From Daphnia carinata (Eukaryota), in the NCBI RefSeq assembly GCF_022539665.2, contig NC_081331.1, positions 12,710,001-12,774,000 on the forward strand: a stretch of DNA of 64,000 nt, read 5' to 3'. This document shows positions 1-15,280 of this stretch, piece after piece (within the stretch, counting starts at the first letter, position 1; each line of letters begins with the position of its first letter). Made by a program: the position numbers and the translations under genes. The notes below the pieces were generated by a model. The model was not told the origin of the DNA, did no database searches, and worked only from the letters and a program-made list of their open reading frames with translations.

Positions 1-1
1 T

Positions 2-397
2 GGATACGCCGATGTTAAATCGGAGCCTGTCTATTTTAATGTTGGAAGAAACACTTCCTTCCGCTATTCAAGTACGGCAATGCCTTTCGAACAAGAAATT
101 TTGAACGTCGGTAATGCTTTCGACTTGCCGTCGGGAACGTTCGTCGCTCCTTGCAATGGAACATACTTCTTTGCATTTGCTAGCTTTGCAGAGAATTCCT
201 ATAGTTCTTTTTATTTTTCTCTTATGTTGAATAACGTTCAAATTACGAGTTGCTACTCTTCATATACACTTTATTATTGCCACATAGTGTACACTCTAAA
301 ACTAAGCTCCGGAGATCAAGTTCAGATGTTTCTTCAGCAAGGATCAACGAATAATGCTATATTTACTGGTGCATTACTCGCAGAAGATATTTTCTAA
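2..397 (+). CDS. C1q/TNF-like globular domain protein, 3' part (gene starts left of window)
   Basis: Frame open from nt 2: GYADVKSEPVYFNVGRNTSF...MPFEQEILNVGNAFDLPSGTFVAPCNGTYFFAF...LKLSSGDQVQMFL...FTGALL*. The G-x-F-x-A-P-x-x-G-x-Y-F-F and terminal F-T-G-x-L patterns are gC1q hallmarks. Confidence 0.85.
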   Translation, partial: GYADVKSEPVYFNVGRNTSFRYSSTAMPFEQEILNVGNAFDLPSGTFVAPCNGTYFFAFASFAENSYSSFYFSLMLNNVQITSCYSSYTLYYCHIVYTLKLSSGDQVQMFLQQGSTNNAIFTGALLAEDIF

Positions 398-1376
398 ACT
401 TTGTGTCTGAAAACGAAAGAATCCTATTTCTAATTTATTTTTTTGGAATGCTGATGTAACACAGTGGACCTTTCATGTGTAGAAGAGAACAAGCACAGCA
501 AAATACAACAGATTTGCCCTAGCATTTTCAATAGTTTATCAAACTGGTCTATCCTTCTAATGGACTTAAGTAAAAGCGGTTTTCAAAGCTATTAGCCCCG
601 ACGTCGGGAAAGAGTTGAACTAATTCACCAATTTTGAAATGTTTCTGTTAGAAGGCTATCCAATTTTAAGACTTTGTCCTTTCTTATTGCCACCCATTTC
701 GCCCCTCCTAAACTGTTCATATTTTGCTTCCCTTTTTTTATTTTTTTCCTGTCATATTACCTTACGGATGCTCACGTAAAAGAATAGCGGCACTTTCCTT
801 TTGTGCTCATTAACAACTCTTTCAGGGTTTCGCAAGCCCACGCATTTTTTGTTTCATTTTTTCTGCGACAAGCAATATTTTAGGCAATAATGGCATATGG
901 CAAATGGAGTAAGATTTCTTGAACAATCTTGTAAACGGGGCCTTAATATTTTTCGTGCACGAAGAGCGAGAGAGAGACAACAGAGAGAGTGCCCTCCTAG
1001 CAGCAAGGAATTCTCAAACAATAGAGAATTATGAGACCACAAGCGAAAGAAAGTTTGTTTGGCTACTGGACCTAAATTTGTTTAAGCTGGCCTTGCATTT
1101 GCAGATTCACTGGTATGAAGAGTAAGGTTATTCGTTGACTGGGTTTCATTTTCTTTCACCTTCACTAGACCACTCGACTGTTTAAAAAGGCGAGCACTTG
1201 GTCAGTGTTCATCAGCATCGATCTAGCACTCAGAAAAGAAACAACAGTTCTTCTGGTAAACATTAAAAAAGTAAACGAAATATATTTAGCTTTACTTCAT
1301 TTATATCTTTTCAGTATTATACCCCAAACTACATTTGGCACTACCCCAAAGTCTAACGATTTAGCGCAATTCAGCC

Positions 1377-2963
1377 ATGAAGGCAGTAGTAAGTTTGGAC
1401 TGATTCGTTCATCTAATAACAGTATGGTCGTTAATTTTCTATGTTTCCTTTCTTTCTTATAGGCTATTTTAATTGCTTGTCTCGTCGCAGCAGCCGTGGC
1501 TGCCCCGCAGTATCAACGGCAGAGACCTAACCAATCGGCTGCGTCCGTTCTCGCCAGACCAGTGGGCTGCTCTGAATCCACTTAAATCTGAGAACAGTGA
1601 TCTTGATGAACTGAAGAAGCAATGGGCTCGTTTCCTTGAGTAAGTTAAAATATATAGCAAAACAAATTCATTAACGCAATCGTAATAATTTATTGTTAGA
1701 TACCTTCCGTGGCTGAAGGGAGCTGCTGGACCAGTTGGGCCTCAAGGACCCGCTGGAGAAACTGTGTACGTTGCTGGACCCCCTGGTCCTCCTGGCCCAC
1801 AAGGTTATGCTGGACCGAAGGGAGACAAGGGAGATGCAGGTGCACCGGGAGCTAACGGTGAGCCTGGACCTCAAGGAAACCCTGGAGCTGATGGATCTCA
1901 AGGTCCTCAGGGGTTGGCAGGTGCACCTGGCGCGGATGGAGCCCCAGGAGCAGCTGGAGTTCCAGGTGAAGCTGGAGCAAAAGGAGATGCTGGACGCAAT
2001 GGTGCGGATGGAACTCCTGGAGCTCCAGGTGCCCCTGGCAAAGACGGATATCCTGGAGCTCCTGGACCGCAAGGACCTAAAGGAGATGTTGGTGCTCCTG
2101 GAATCACACTCCCATCCAAGATTCCTGGCCCACCTGGTGCACCAGGATATCCAGGCAAAGATGGAGCTCCTGGTGCTCCTGGCGCTATTGGGCCTGTTGG
2201 ACCTGCAGGCCCAGTCGGCCCACAAGGAGTCCCCGGCAAAGACGGCGCTGCTGGTAACCCTGGCAGCCCTGGCCCGAAAGGAGAGGCAGGTAAACCTGGA
2301 TACAATGGAGCTCCAGGAAAAGATGGACTTCCAGGCGCTCCAAGCACCCAACCCGGCCCAATGGGACCTCAAGGACCAGCTGGACCCCCTGGTTACAATG
2401 GCGCTCCTGGAAAAGATGGTGCCGCAGGCCCAGTTGGTGCTCCCGGCAAAGATGGACTAAATGGTGCTCCTGGTGCTCCAGGTTCGTGATTGAAAATCGA
2501 ACACAAACGAAAGGGACTTTAAACAGGACTGTCAAAACTTTTGCTCTTTGGTGTTCCAGGTGCTCAAGGAGAACAAGGCAAACCCGGCAAAGATGGTTAC
2601 CCTGGTGCTGCTGGTGCCCCTGGTGCAACTGGAAATCCAGGACCTCAAGGACTTCAAGGTGAACAAGGCCCTGCTGGAAGCCCTGGCAACACCGGTCCAC
2701 AAGGATTAGTTGGCCCTGCTGGTCCTGCTGGACCTGAAGGCAAACCCGGTCCGACGGGCGCACCTGGTGCACCTGGACCAGAAGGACCCGTTGGCCCTGC
2801 TGGACCTGAAGGAAAAGTTGGCGAAACTGGAGCTCCTGGACCTGTTGGCCCTGTTGGTCCTGTTGGCGCCCCAGGAACTCAAGCTCCATATCCCACAAAG
2901 AGTTACACAACGGCTGCTCCCTATTACAGAACAACCCCAAAGGACACTTGGTTCAGTTGGTAA
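1377..2963 (+). CDS. Secreted short collagen-like protein 1 (apparent 1-nt frameshift at ~1550)
   Basis: Exons ~1377-1388 (MKAV), 1463-1639, 1700-2481, 2560-2963. Signal peptide [13 protein letters not shown], head motif DQWAALNP...[17 protein letters not shown], long Gly-X-Y tract, Tyr/Thr tail. Signal peptide and QW head lie in different frames. Confidence 0.8.
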
Positions 2964-4823
2964 ACATCCCGTTCAGGACCGCAAGTTCTTTTCAGACCCA
3001 AACCCTCTGTATTTATTAGAAAACTAATGATTGGAATTTATGCTCACAATTTCAGAAAGCATTTGCTTGTGTAAGTTTAAACAACTGGCTAAAGCTTTAA
3101 CTATTCTGAAAAATATACCACATTGAAGATTTGAATGCCATTCGTCACCTGTATTTTATACTCATTTTAGAAGGCTTTAAAACTAGTAGAATAAGTACTA
3201 TCGGTTTCCCCAACTCAAAGGGCAAAACACATTTTTATTAACTCTTTTCCGCTTTCTTTTTATCATTGCAAGTAGCACGTACCCAACTCGCTATTCGGTA
3301 CGGAAACATCTATCTCTTAAAACACATTTTCTTTGGCCTAAATGTCAAGCCTGTATTACAGAATGATGTGAATTTACTGTATAATACATGGCGAAGTGTT
3401 GCGCAATCTTTTAAAGCGATTACTAATTGACACAAATCAAAGTACATTGTCTAGTCGAAAACATCGTGGGAGAATCGAGCGATGCAAGTGTTGAAATGTT
3501 CACGCTTGTGGTTAAAATCACGCGTGATTGCTTAGCTTTGCGACGCTCATGCGTGAATTACGATATGTGTTTTTGCGTATTAAAGTTGACTACGAAATTG
3601 TTCTTCTCAATGTTACATCGCTTTATTATGTTGTCATTTACTTTCGGAATTCAATCAACCGATGGATTGTAAACGTAGCTTCTTACAATTCCTTGGATAC
3701 AATGTAATGACTAGAAAAGGATAAAATTTCAAAGTCAAATAGCGTTTTCTCCCATGACAAATGTCTTTTCCACAAAGGGGGAATACAGGTGAGATTATGT
3801 ACATACAGCTCATTTCACAGAACGTTGATTCCGTAAATCTTGCCATACTCTCTTATACTAGACGTGGTAAAATGTGCGAATAGCTCCATATTTTCACGTT
3901 TTACTTTTGTTTTAACGTTGTTTCGCCCTACCCATTTAACGATAGATATCACAGAGGCTAAAGCAAGTATGAGGTTAGTATTCCATTAACTGGATCTCCT
4001 ATTATAACGAAAACTAGCAAATGCCATCGTTAACATCAAGAGAAATCCTCAAAACAGAGATGATGCTGTGAGCTCTCTCCAGCTAGAGAAACATATATTT
4101 TTCGTATTCTTTCTTATGTCAGTCTGTAATAGGTATAAAAGAAAAAACTGCATCGTTCTTCATGTGCGCTCGTTGAATTTCCACAGCTGACACAAGAGAA
4201 AATTCATATCGCAAAAAGAGAAATGGTGCAAGTCATAAAAGTCCTGCTAATACCTACGTACGTCCTCATCGCCTTCGACGTAAGGGTCCACACTTTTCTT
4301 TCCTTTCTCCCAATAACTTAAGAATTTCACTTTCGACTTTTATGTGTGTAGTACACCCAGTACGCGACGTTTACCCTGCTCGCTATTAGTAGCCCTCATC
4401 TTCACAAGTGGATTACGACACTTTTCTCTACCGCTCACTAGACCGCTAACGCGTTTAAAAGCCGGCACTTCGCCATCAGTGATCAGTGTTGTGTCGGCAA
4501 GAAACTGACAAACACCTTGCAAAAGGTAACACAACAGCTGTTCAAACATACTACAATTTTCTCTAAAGTTTTAACGTTGATCTCATTTAACCGGTTTTAA
4601 AAGTACAAAATTTTGATTTTTAGCTAAACTCGTTCGTTTTGCTTTAAAAATTATGCTTTTAACTATACTCACTACTACAAATTTACATTTAGATGTGTAA
4701 CGCGAAAGTTTCGAGATTAATTAAAGACGCACGCATGTTATTTTCATTCTATTTGATCAGCTTTTTCGGTTGCAGATCTTGGCGAATCAAGGACTGTTCA
4801 AGTAAAAGTTATCAAGTTCCAAC

Positions 4824-6488
4824 ATGATAGCAGTAGTAAGTAGATGCATATTGCATTTCATTTTATAATTGCTAATGATATAATGGGATTCGATTCCATT
4901 TTCATTAGGCAATCCTGCCGTTCTTGTTCGCTCGTGCCTTTGCCGCTCCGCAGTATGGGCCGCAAACCGCACCACAGCCATTTAAGACAACATCCCAAGT
5001 CTCGTTTGAACAATGGGCGAATGTCAATCCGTATGGCAACCCTAACGCTAACGCCTCACCGTCCAAACCAAAGGCTAAGATTGAAGAAATCCAGAAACAA
5101 TGGGCCAAATTCCTTGAGTAAGTGGTGCCACTTGAGTCGCTCCTTTGCGCAGACGTAACAACATTTACTGAATGATTTCAACACAGACGCATGCCGTGGT
5201 TAACTGGACCAGCTGGTCCACCGGGCCCACCTGGACCTTCGAGCAGTGGCAGCCAATCCCAACAACAACCCGTTGTTGGACCACCTGGCTTACCTGGAGC
5301 TCCCGGTCCTGCTGGACCTAAAGGAGAACGAGGCAATTCTGGAAATCCTGGAGCTCCTGGTGGGCCCGGGCCAGTAGGACCCTCCGGCCTTAATGGCGCT
5401 CCTGGTGCACTAGGACCGGCTGGCGAACGTGGATCAAACGGAGCTCCTGGTGGGCCCGGTACGCCTGGCTCCCCTGGTGCTAAAGGAGCTGCTGGTGCTA
5501 ATGGTGCTCCTGGCGTCAACGGAGCTCCAGGAGCCCCTGGCAAAGACGGTTTCAATGGCTTACCCGGATTCCAAGGACCCAAAGGCGAAGCGGGTGCACC
5601 CGGTATAACTTTGCCCTCAAACACACCTGGACCTGTAGGAGCTTCAGGTGCCCCTGGTAAAGATGGAGCACCAGGTTTCCCTGGCGGCCCTGGCCCCGTT
5701 GGTCCTGTCGGACCTGTTGGCCCGGTTGGACCTGCTGGCAGACCTGGTACGAATGGATTCCCCGGAGGCCCTGGTCCTAAGGGTGAAGCTGGAACTCCCG
5801 GATTCCCTGGAAGTCCCGGCAAAGATGGACGTCCTGGCGCTCCAAGTACTCAACCAGGTCCAGTTGGACCTCAGGGACCTGTCGGTCCACCCGGCTTCAA
5901 CGGCAAACCTGGAAACGATGGGCTTCCTGGCGGACCAGGTGCCCCAGGCAAAGACGGTCTGCCCGGCGGACCGGGCATTCCAGGTAATTAAATACGATTC
6001 AAAATCGAATTTCTCTATTGATTACTTTTAATTCACGTTCTATTTTTATAGGTGGACCTGGACAACCCGGTAAACCTGGCAAGGATGGTTTGAATGGCGC
6101 TCCTGGAGCTCCCGGTATCCCTGGTGGACCGGGGCCTGTAGGACTTGAGGGCAAACCTGGCCCAGCTGGTCTTCCTGGCAACCCTGGTGGGCCAGGATCA
6201 GCTGGACCGATTGGTGGTCCAGGACCTCAAGGTAAGCCGGGTGCACCAGGATATCCCGGAGGGCCTGGCCCAGTTGGACCTCAAGGTGGACCTGGGCCGC
6301 AAGGGGGACCTGGTCCTAAAGGCGAGTCTGGCACACCTGGTGGCCCAGGACCCGCCGGTCCCCCGGGCCCTCAAGGGCCTGCAGCTTCCACCCCAGCTCC
6401 GGCCTACCCAGCTCCTGCTCAACAGCCATCCTATCAAGCCCCAGCTCAATCATCGTTTCAATCACAACAGTCCAACTACTGGCGATAA
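4824..6488 (+). CDS. Secreted short collagen-like protein 2
   Basis: Exons ~4824-4835 (MIAV), 4909-5118, 5187-~5983, ~6052-6488. Head EQWANVNPY...[17 protein letters not shown], Gly-X-Y tract with the same interruptions as paralog 1 ([14 protein letters not shown]), PAY/QS-rich tail. Confidence 0.88.
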
Positions 6489-8574
6489 ATTTGATTGAAA
6501 TTCAGTTAATTTGCACAACAAACCGTGTGAGCTATATTATGAAGCTATAGTCTCTGCTATTTGTTAAAAAAAAAAAGATTTAGTATACGGAACTTTTTGA
6601 TCATACATGTAAAAAGGAAATATTAAAGTGTTGCTTTGTATACGATGTGAGAAAGACATAAGTGGAAACATGTCAATAAATCATTTTAAATTCTTGATAT
6701 GTTTTATTACTACTTGCAATTATCGAGGTGGTCTATATTAAGAGAGAAATCAAACTTAAAACGTCTAATAAAAAAAGATTAGTGAAAGCTCTTACGGACA
6801 GATCTCTCTCTTGGAGAAATCCATTCAAACGCACAGGCAGATTGATTACGTGAAAGCTAGGCTCGTTCTCTTTAGCGAGAGTTTTCTTAGACCTTAACGA
6901 GAGCGAAGGGTCCAGACGTTGTAAGCTCATCCTCCCCGTTTTCTAATTAGAATTAGATTAAGGACATAGGGATGCCAGAAGGTAACATCTCTCCAGGACC
7001 TTGCAACATTTTAGAGCACGTCACATAAACTCGTCCCGCTCAGCCCAGCGGCTAATCGATTATCAAAAATATTCTGCTCGGTGATCCATTAAGCTAAGAG
7101 GTAACTACTTGGAGAAATTGAAATTGTTATCGTTTATCCGTATACGTCACGATGGCTAGCTCATTACTCGTTTCGCCCAAGCTTATCTTGTTATTGCTGG
7201 CCTATAGTCCGAAGTCTCTCTTTTATGTTTTGAATAGAAACCTGAACGTCTTAAATTCCTGATGATAATTAATGCCTTCTATGCAAATTATGCTTTTTTT
7301 TTTCAATCGAATTTTAGCCTTATCGTTTTTCTTTGCGACCGGTTCACCCAAATTTCTTTGGGCTGTTTCCAAAACTTGGACAGCACATCGTCAGAAAAGA
7401 GTGCAAGTGCAGCCCACAGATTAATCTCGTAACCTACATTTATATTAGGCCCCTATTCGCACGGCATTGGATATCTCGTCCGTTGTTGGTGACCGCAAAT
7501 TCAACAACCGCAGCCATGACTTTGTGTTACAAAAGTTTTCCAATTACATTGATAAAATATTTTCTCCCCCTATACGGTCTACCACGAGATAGATAACATA
7601 TGACCTGCATAGCAATACAGCTTTACGAACGGCGAAGGGAAACGTAAGTTTTTCATTTCTGGGATCTGCGCATTGCACAAGGACGTTGGAGAAAATATGT
7701 ATGAGATGCGGAAAGCCATTTGACCCACTTTTTTACACGACTAGGTAGGTCTCACTCATTGATTTACATGTATGTGCACATTTGGCAGTTTAATATCATT
7801 AGTTCATCATAGCATCTAATCAGTTCCCACATCATATGCGAGTTAGTGGGCATTGCACTCCGCTAAATCCAATTCAAATTCCAAGCTGCGATTTTGCTTA
7901 TGTGTCAGTCAAAGAGACTCACTGAAAAGCACATCCACAACCCGAATGATAACACACGCGTAAATTGTACAAGGATGACTTTCTTTCATTACAATAGCCC
8001 CGACTGCAATCAAAATTAGATTGAGGACGATCAAGCGCTGCAAGCTAACATCTGCACACCAGGCTTACTCATTCGACGTAACTTATAGAAATAATCTCAT
8101 CTTTTCTTCTACATAAGCGATTGTTCTGGTCACTCTCTCCTTGTCAGTGTCCAGATGCAGGCAAGTGGTAACACAAGTTTACATTCTTTTTCTAAAAACT
8201 TGTATTCAGTACAGTCCCACAAATTTTAATTGGCAGAAAAATCATTCGTCCAAGAATGAAACGTTCCATTCTTTAGTGTACCTTATCGCCGAAGTGTTTT
8301 TATAGCCACAGTATGTCACACATTTCAAAATGTTGTATCGCTACCCAGTTATGTGCTGCTGATTATCGTACTTCATCTTAATAAGGTACGCGTTTAGTTT
8401 ATTTTGCTTCGCCTTTTGTTACAAGTACATCCGATTTGCATAGCGTAAAACTCAGATCTGATTTCATACTTAAATGCGAAAATTTCTTCATTGCTATCAC
8501 ATTTTTGTGTGTGCAGTTTAAGCCTTCTTTTGCACGTCATTTTCTGCTGGCCAGAAATACGTGGTGTTAACCTG

Positions 8575-11067
8575 ATGTTTAACGAAATGTCTACGACAAC
8601 ACTGTTGGTACGTCTTCGAATCATGGTCCCATCAGTTTTATAATTTATCATTTCCAGTTGCAAGGATAGTCTTTACAAATACTATATTTGAATGCCAGAT
8701 AATCGTTCCACTCTTGGTGGTCAACTTCCTCTTTATTGCTGTGGCCATCTCGCCACGACAAATAGTTGAAAGGAAACCCATTTCAGAAGATGCTTGGGCC
8801 TCTTTAAACTCCTACCGTGAATCGGAAGCTCGTCATTACCTGACCGAGGAGATAGCGCATATTCAAAGAATTCGGCACGAATTGGAGCGTCTCCTTGATT
8901 CTTTCCTTTTACTCAACACCACGTGTGGTATGTGTCCTCCTGGGCCGCCTGGGCCACCCGGTCCACCAGGGCCACCTACACGAGTACGAAGAGGTACATA
9001 AAAGTATTTGAATGAAATGCAATTTTAGAACGTTGAGGGGCTCATCTACTGTTACTATAAACTACGAAGAAGCGAATGTTCATCGCGGAGGAGGTTACCA
9101 AGGAGGAGGTGGGGGTTACGGTGGAGGTGGCGGAGGTTATGGTGGAAGTAGCGGAGGCTATGGCGGAGGTGGCGGAAGCCAGAAAGGAAAAGGCGGAAGC
9201 AGCAAAGGAAAAGGTGGAGGTGGTGGGGGTTCACCCGGTCCTCCGGGCCCACCTGGACCTCCAGGTCCACCTGGTAGAAACGGTCACGACGGAGAAAAAG
9301 GGGATCCTGGTGAAGACGGGCATCCTGGATCAAAAGGCCCGCCAGGTGAAAAAGGACCACCAGGCAAAGATGGGTCTCCCGGACCCAAAGGGCCAACAGG
9401 AGAAAAAGGCCATGACGGCAAAGACGGATCTCCCGGAGAACCAGGCCCCAAAGGGCCTAAAGGAGATCCTGGTTTTCCTGGTGAGTGTTTCTCAACTGCT
9501 GACGTGCAACTGAAATGTTCCAGACAGTTAGTCTTGCTGTAGATGTTAAGCAGAGGACTGAGAAATGTGGAATTATGCTTGTATCCTCATGCAAATAGGA
9601 TTTCCTGGTAAAGGTGGACTTCCAGGATTGGACGGAAAGCCTGGCGATAAGGGAGAAGATGGCACTCCTGGAGAACCTGGCCCACAAGGACCCAAAGGAG
9701 AAGAAGGGGCCAAGGGTAAGTCTTTTGAATCATTGGAAATGACCCGAGGCTTAATCATATCATCCTTGTTTGCCCATAAAAGGAAGTCCCGGGGACGCGG
9801 GACCTACAGGACCAGAGGGACCCAGCGGACATCCAGGAAAGGATGGTTCTCCAGGCGAAAAAGGCTCTACGGGCGAAACGGGACCAACCGGACCAGTTGG
9901 TCCGAGTGGCACCGACGGCAAAGACGGAACACCGGGAGAAAAAGGTTCAACAGGCGAAACAGGTCTACCAGGGAAAGACGGATCCGCAGGGCCTATAGGG
10001 CCCCCTGGCGAAAAAGGTGATGTCAGACTTTTTAGAGTTAGCTTTTTAAAGTTACATAAATCATGAATTTGTTTTGTAGGTGAACCTGGAGACGCTGGAG
10101 CTGTTGGTTTGGCCGGACTTCCAGGCGATCCCGGAAAAGCTGGCTGGCCTGGTCCACCAGGTCCAGCTGGGCCCAAAGGAGATACCGGAAACGACGGTTG
10201 GCATATTTTAGACTTCATGTTTGATCCATTTTAACACAATCCAAACTTTGATTACTTAAGGGCCTGCAGGTAAAGAAGGCTCTATAGGGCCAGAAGGTCC
10301 AGCCGGTCCGACGGGTAAGTAAAAACTAAAATTATTCTTTCACTATAGCTCTTATTGATCGTTATGCCATCAGGGCCTCCCGGGTCACCTGGTCAAGATG
10401 GACAAGACGGCCAACCAGGCTCAATGGGTGCTCCAGGTGCCGCCGGACAACCAGGGCCTGCCGGTCCGCAAGGTAAGACTGGGCCGCCTGGTTTTACTGG
10501 GGATCCTGGACACCCAGGCCAAATAGGACATATCGGTCCTATAGGGCCTGCAGGACCCCAAGGAAAAGCGGGCCCGGTAGGTCCACCAGGCAAAGCAGGT
10601 CCAGAGGGAAAGATTGGACCTAAAGGTAACATGGCATGCCGACAACAATCTTACATGTAATCAATCAATAAAATTTAATTTTTCTATAACTAATAGGCCC
10701 ACCTGGGAAAGCAGGTAAAGATGGATCACCAGGACCTCCCGGCCGGCCTGGAGAACGTGGCCCACCTGGATCAGGAGGAAAAGCAGGACCATCAACGTCA
10801 GGCAATTACGTACAATATCGAACACCAAACGACAAGAGCAATTCCGGGGGCAAGCAAACCTCATCTGGAACTTCTGGGCCATTTGCTTCTTCGTACAGTT
10901 TACCCCAAGGCGGAAAACGTTCTCCTGTTCCAGGACAGACGTATTCTGCTGGATCGGTCTCACAAAGCAACGCGTCTCAACAGAAAAACCCAAAGCGCCA
11001 AGTACTACCGTCAAATCAAACATCACGCCGTTCGCCGGAGGGTTTGGAACTTCCATCTCATTTGTAG
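8575..11067 (+). CDS. Secreted collagen-like protein 3 (CxxC, furin site, Gly-rich linker, charged Gly-X-Y domain)
   Basis: First exon at 8575/8587-8607, then [16 protein letters not shown] signal, [10 protein letters not shown] head, [22 protein letters not shown]-rich linker, several Gly-X-Y exons (~9240-10790), Ser/Gln tail ending TAG at 11065-11067. Exon boundaries read by eye. Confidence 0.8.
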
Positions 11068-13640
11068 ACTTCTGGAAATAGCCCAGTTTGCTTTCAAATT
11101 TCATTATTTTCGCCAGTGCAATTATTCCGCAAACTTTCCTCAAAAAGCGGGCTTGTGCCAAGGCGTGTGAAATGTTAAAGCTTTCAACTAGATCAGTTAT
11201 ACCATATGTTACTTGAAATTTCGAACGCTTGGGCGTATAATAAACGCCGTTATTGACTTCATTTCCAACTGGTTTGGGAAAGAGAGTCGAAAATGGATGT
11301 ATATATCGATTCAATTTTGATCATGAAATTATTGTGAAGTGCCAGGCTTCACAAATGTTACGTCGATTAATAAAAATTGTATTTCGAATTTTGTCAATCG
11401 TACTGAATAATACCGTTAAAAAACGGCGCTTGATGTTTACCAAATAATTAATGTTATCTAACCTGAAAAAGTCTGCTTTCTTTTGTGCTCTCTGTGAATT
11501 GACGAATTAGCGAAGTAGATCACCAATTCGCCAGTACGACACTGCTGGCCAAATAACACACTGCAAGGTTCTTTAACAAAAGGGAGGAAATGTGGGAAAT
11601 TAGGGAACCCATCCAAAAAACTTTCGTGAAATAGACCACAAACGTCCGTCAATCGTCACGATACAGCGACGTACAGCAACAATCGCCTTTTTATTTTACA
11701 AGGAGAGACTGACGGGATGAGTTTGCCGTGCGGAAATAACTCATTTTCGTCCGACCAATTCGAAACATTTTTATATTCGCACCACAGAGAATATGTGGCC
11801 ATGTGGAGTGAAAGTAAAGTAGCTCACTCGTGAACGGAGCATCCAGGCATGCATGTGTTCCAGTCACCCGTTTTCACGTTGCATTTCTATCTACAAGTAT
11901 ATAGGCTATATAGCGTATGTTATTATGTGCATGACGCTACGCGTTTAACGCGCACTTTCTCGTGCTGCTTTTACTCTTTTTCTTTTGCCTTTCTCATCGT
12001 CAGCATAAACAAGTGTTTCGATGGACGCCCATTCAACGATCTATGACGCTGTCATTCGCAATTAACAACTACGAGAAACATATAAACTTGAACTTTTGCA
12101 TCATACCTTCTCCCCTTGCGCCTCTGTCGTTGGCTTTCAACTTCCGCGTTTCCTTTCTCCTTTTCTAAAATACGCAATTGGGACGGATTCATTTGAATTC
12201 TTGGAAAAACTGTGACATACAATCATTTCGGCACCAAGTGAGACTCTCCTCTTCGGTTGCGTTTTGTTGAATGAATGTAGCAAAAACATGCATAAACGTG
12301 CCATACAGAACGTTTGTTAAAGTGGTTGGTTTTTTAGCGCTTCAAGTGAGGGAACAAATGTTGTATCGTTTTTCAAGTTGGGAGACGACGATTAGCACAT
12401 ATAGAAATCGAGTTTGTAAGAGCCAACAGTTTTTGCTTTTCAACTTTCCGCATGAAATTACTTAGCGCAAGTTTCACTGAATAACATAAAAAGAAAATGA
12501 TTCCAACTTTTGCCGTTTCTTTATTGGTACCCAAAATACCCTAATGAACAATCTACCGGCATACTTTCACAATTAACACATGAGAATGTAAAACGCAGTT
12601 TCTTCGCCTCTTGGGTACATCCGGGATTCAATTAAAACTACTTGGCAAGCAAACTGGAATGCATGAATTTTTTTTTTTTTTTTTGCAGCCGGCTGTAACG
12701 TCTCACGGCATGTTCGTGTTTGATACCCCAACGGTGATGGCCGCTCCGTACATAGCTTACAAACTTTCACCAGATAACCCCACTTTTTTTAAAACTATTC
12801 TCTACATATTAATTTTAGAAATACCTCAAGTTTGGCTTTGAAATATAGTATGACTCGAATTGCTGTAAACACGCGTACCACAACACGAGTGTGGTCTTGA
12901 TGTTTTCTATCTTCCGTTCTACCTCGAAAGATGAAAATAAATGCATACCGCAGTGCGTTTCTTTCTCTTTTTCTTTCCCCGAGGTAAAAAAAAATTTCCC
13001 TTTTACGTCGAATATTTGGGTATAGGTGAAGAGAGATTTCCGCCTATCCATCTGGCCCGATGGAAAGAAGTAGACAGCCAGACTTATTGTATATTGGGCA
13101 CTGACCGCACGGTAAATAGGCTACTTCGTATATGATACAGTCCTCCATTTGCGATCTCTAAAAATACGATCCCACCCATCTTTTCTAACCTGTTTCTATT
13201 GCTAGAGTGACGCGGCCGAGTCGGGTATTTAAAGACAACGATTTCTTCTCCAAAGGCAGTGTTGAGCGGACAACAGTTGAAGAAAGAGCTACTCCAAGAA
13301 AAGGTAAATTCATTCATCCGAAAGCATTTGATGTAGGGCCTCCAAAGGATTTCGCATTATTTCAAAAATAACAACAGCCAATAACTCGCCTTGAACGTTT
13401 CTGCTTCACGCTGCGTTATAGGCGTCCGTATAATTTACTACTTATCGTTAACGTCCGTTCATTTTGTCCTGCTGAATTCCGTTCAAAACGTTTTATCAAA
13501 CAAAAGCTTGTCACACGTATACATTTAAACAACTTTATTCACTAAACATAGTTGACGTGTATGCTAATGGATCCTTCTTCGGTAGATCTATAGTTGATAT
13601 TGCACGCAACGAACCCAACAGGGAATTAGCAATCAGAGCC

Positions 13641-15280
<1,640 letters not shown>

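Noticed and set aside
10661..11314. 217-aa minus-strand ORF and 149-aa plus-strand off-frame ORF at the end of collagen 3
   Set aside because: They overlap the true last exon, whose frame continues the Gly-X-Y tract to TAG at 11067, and show no independent gene signals.
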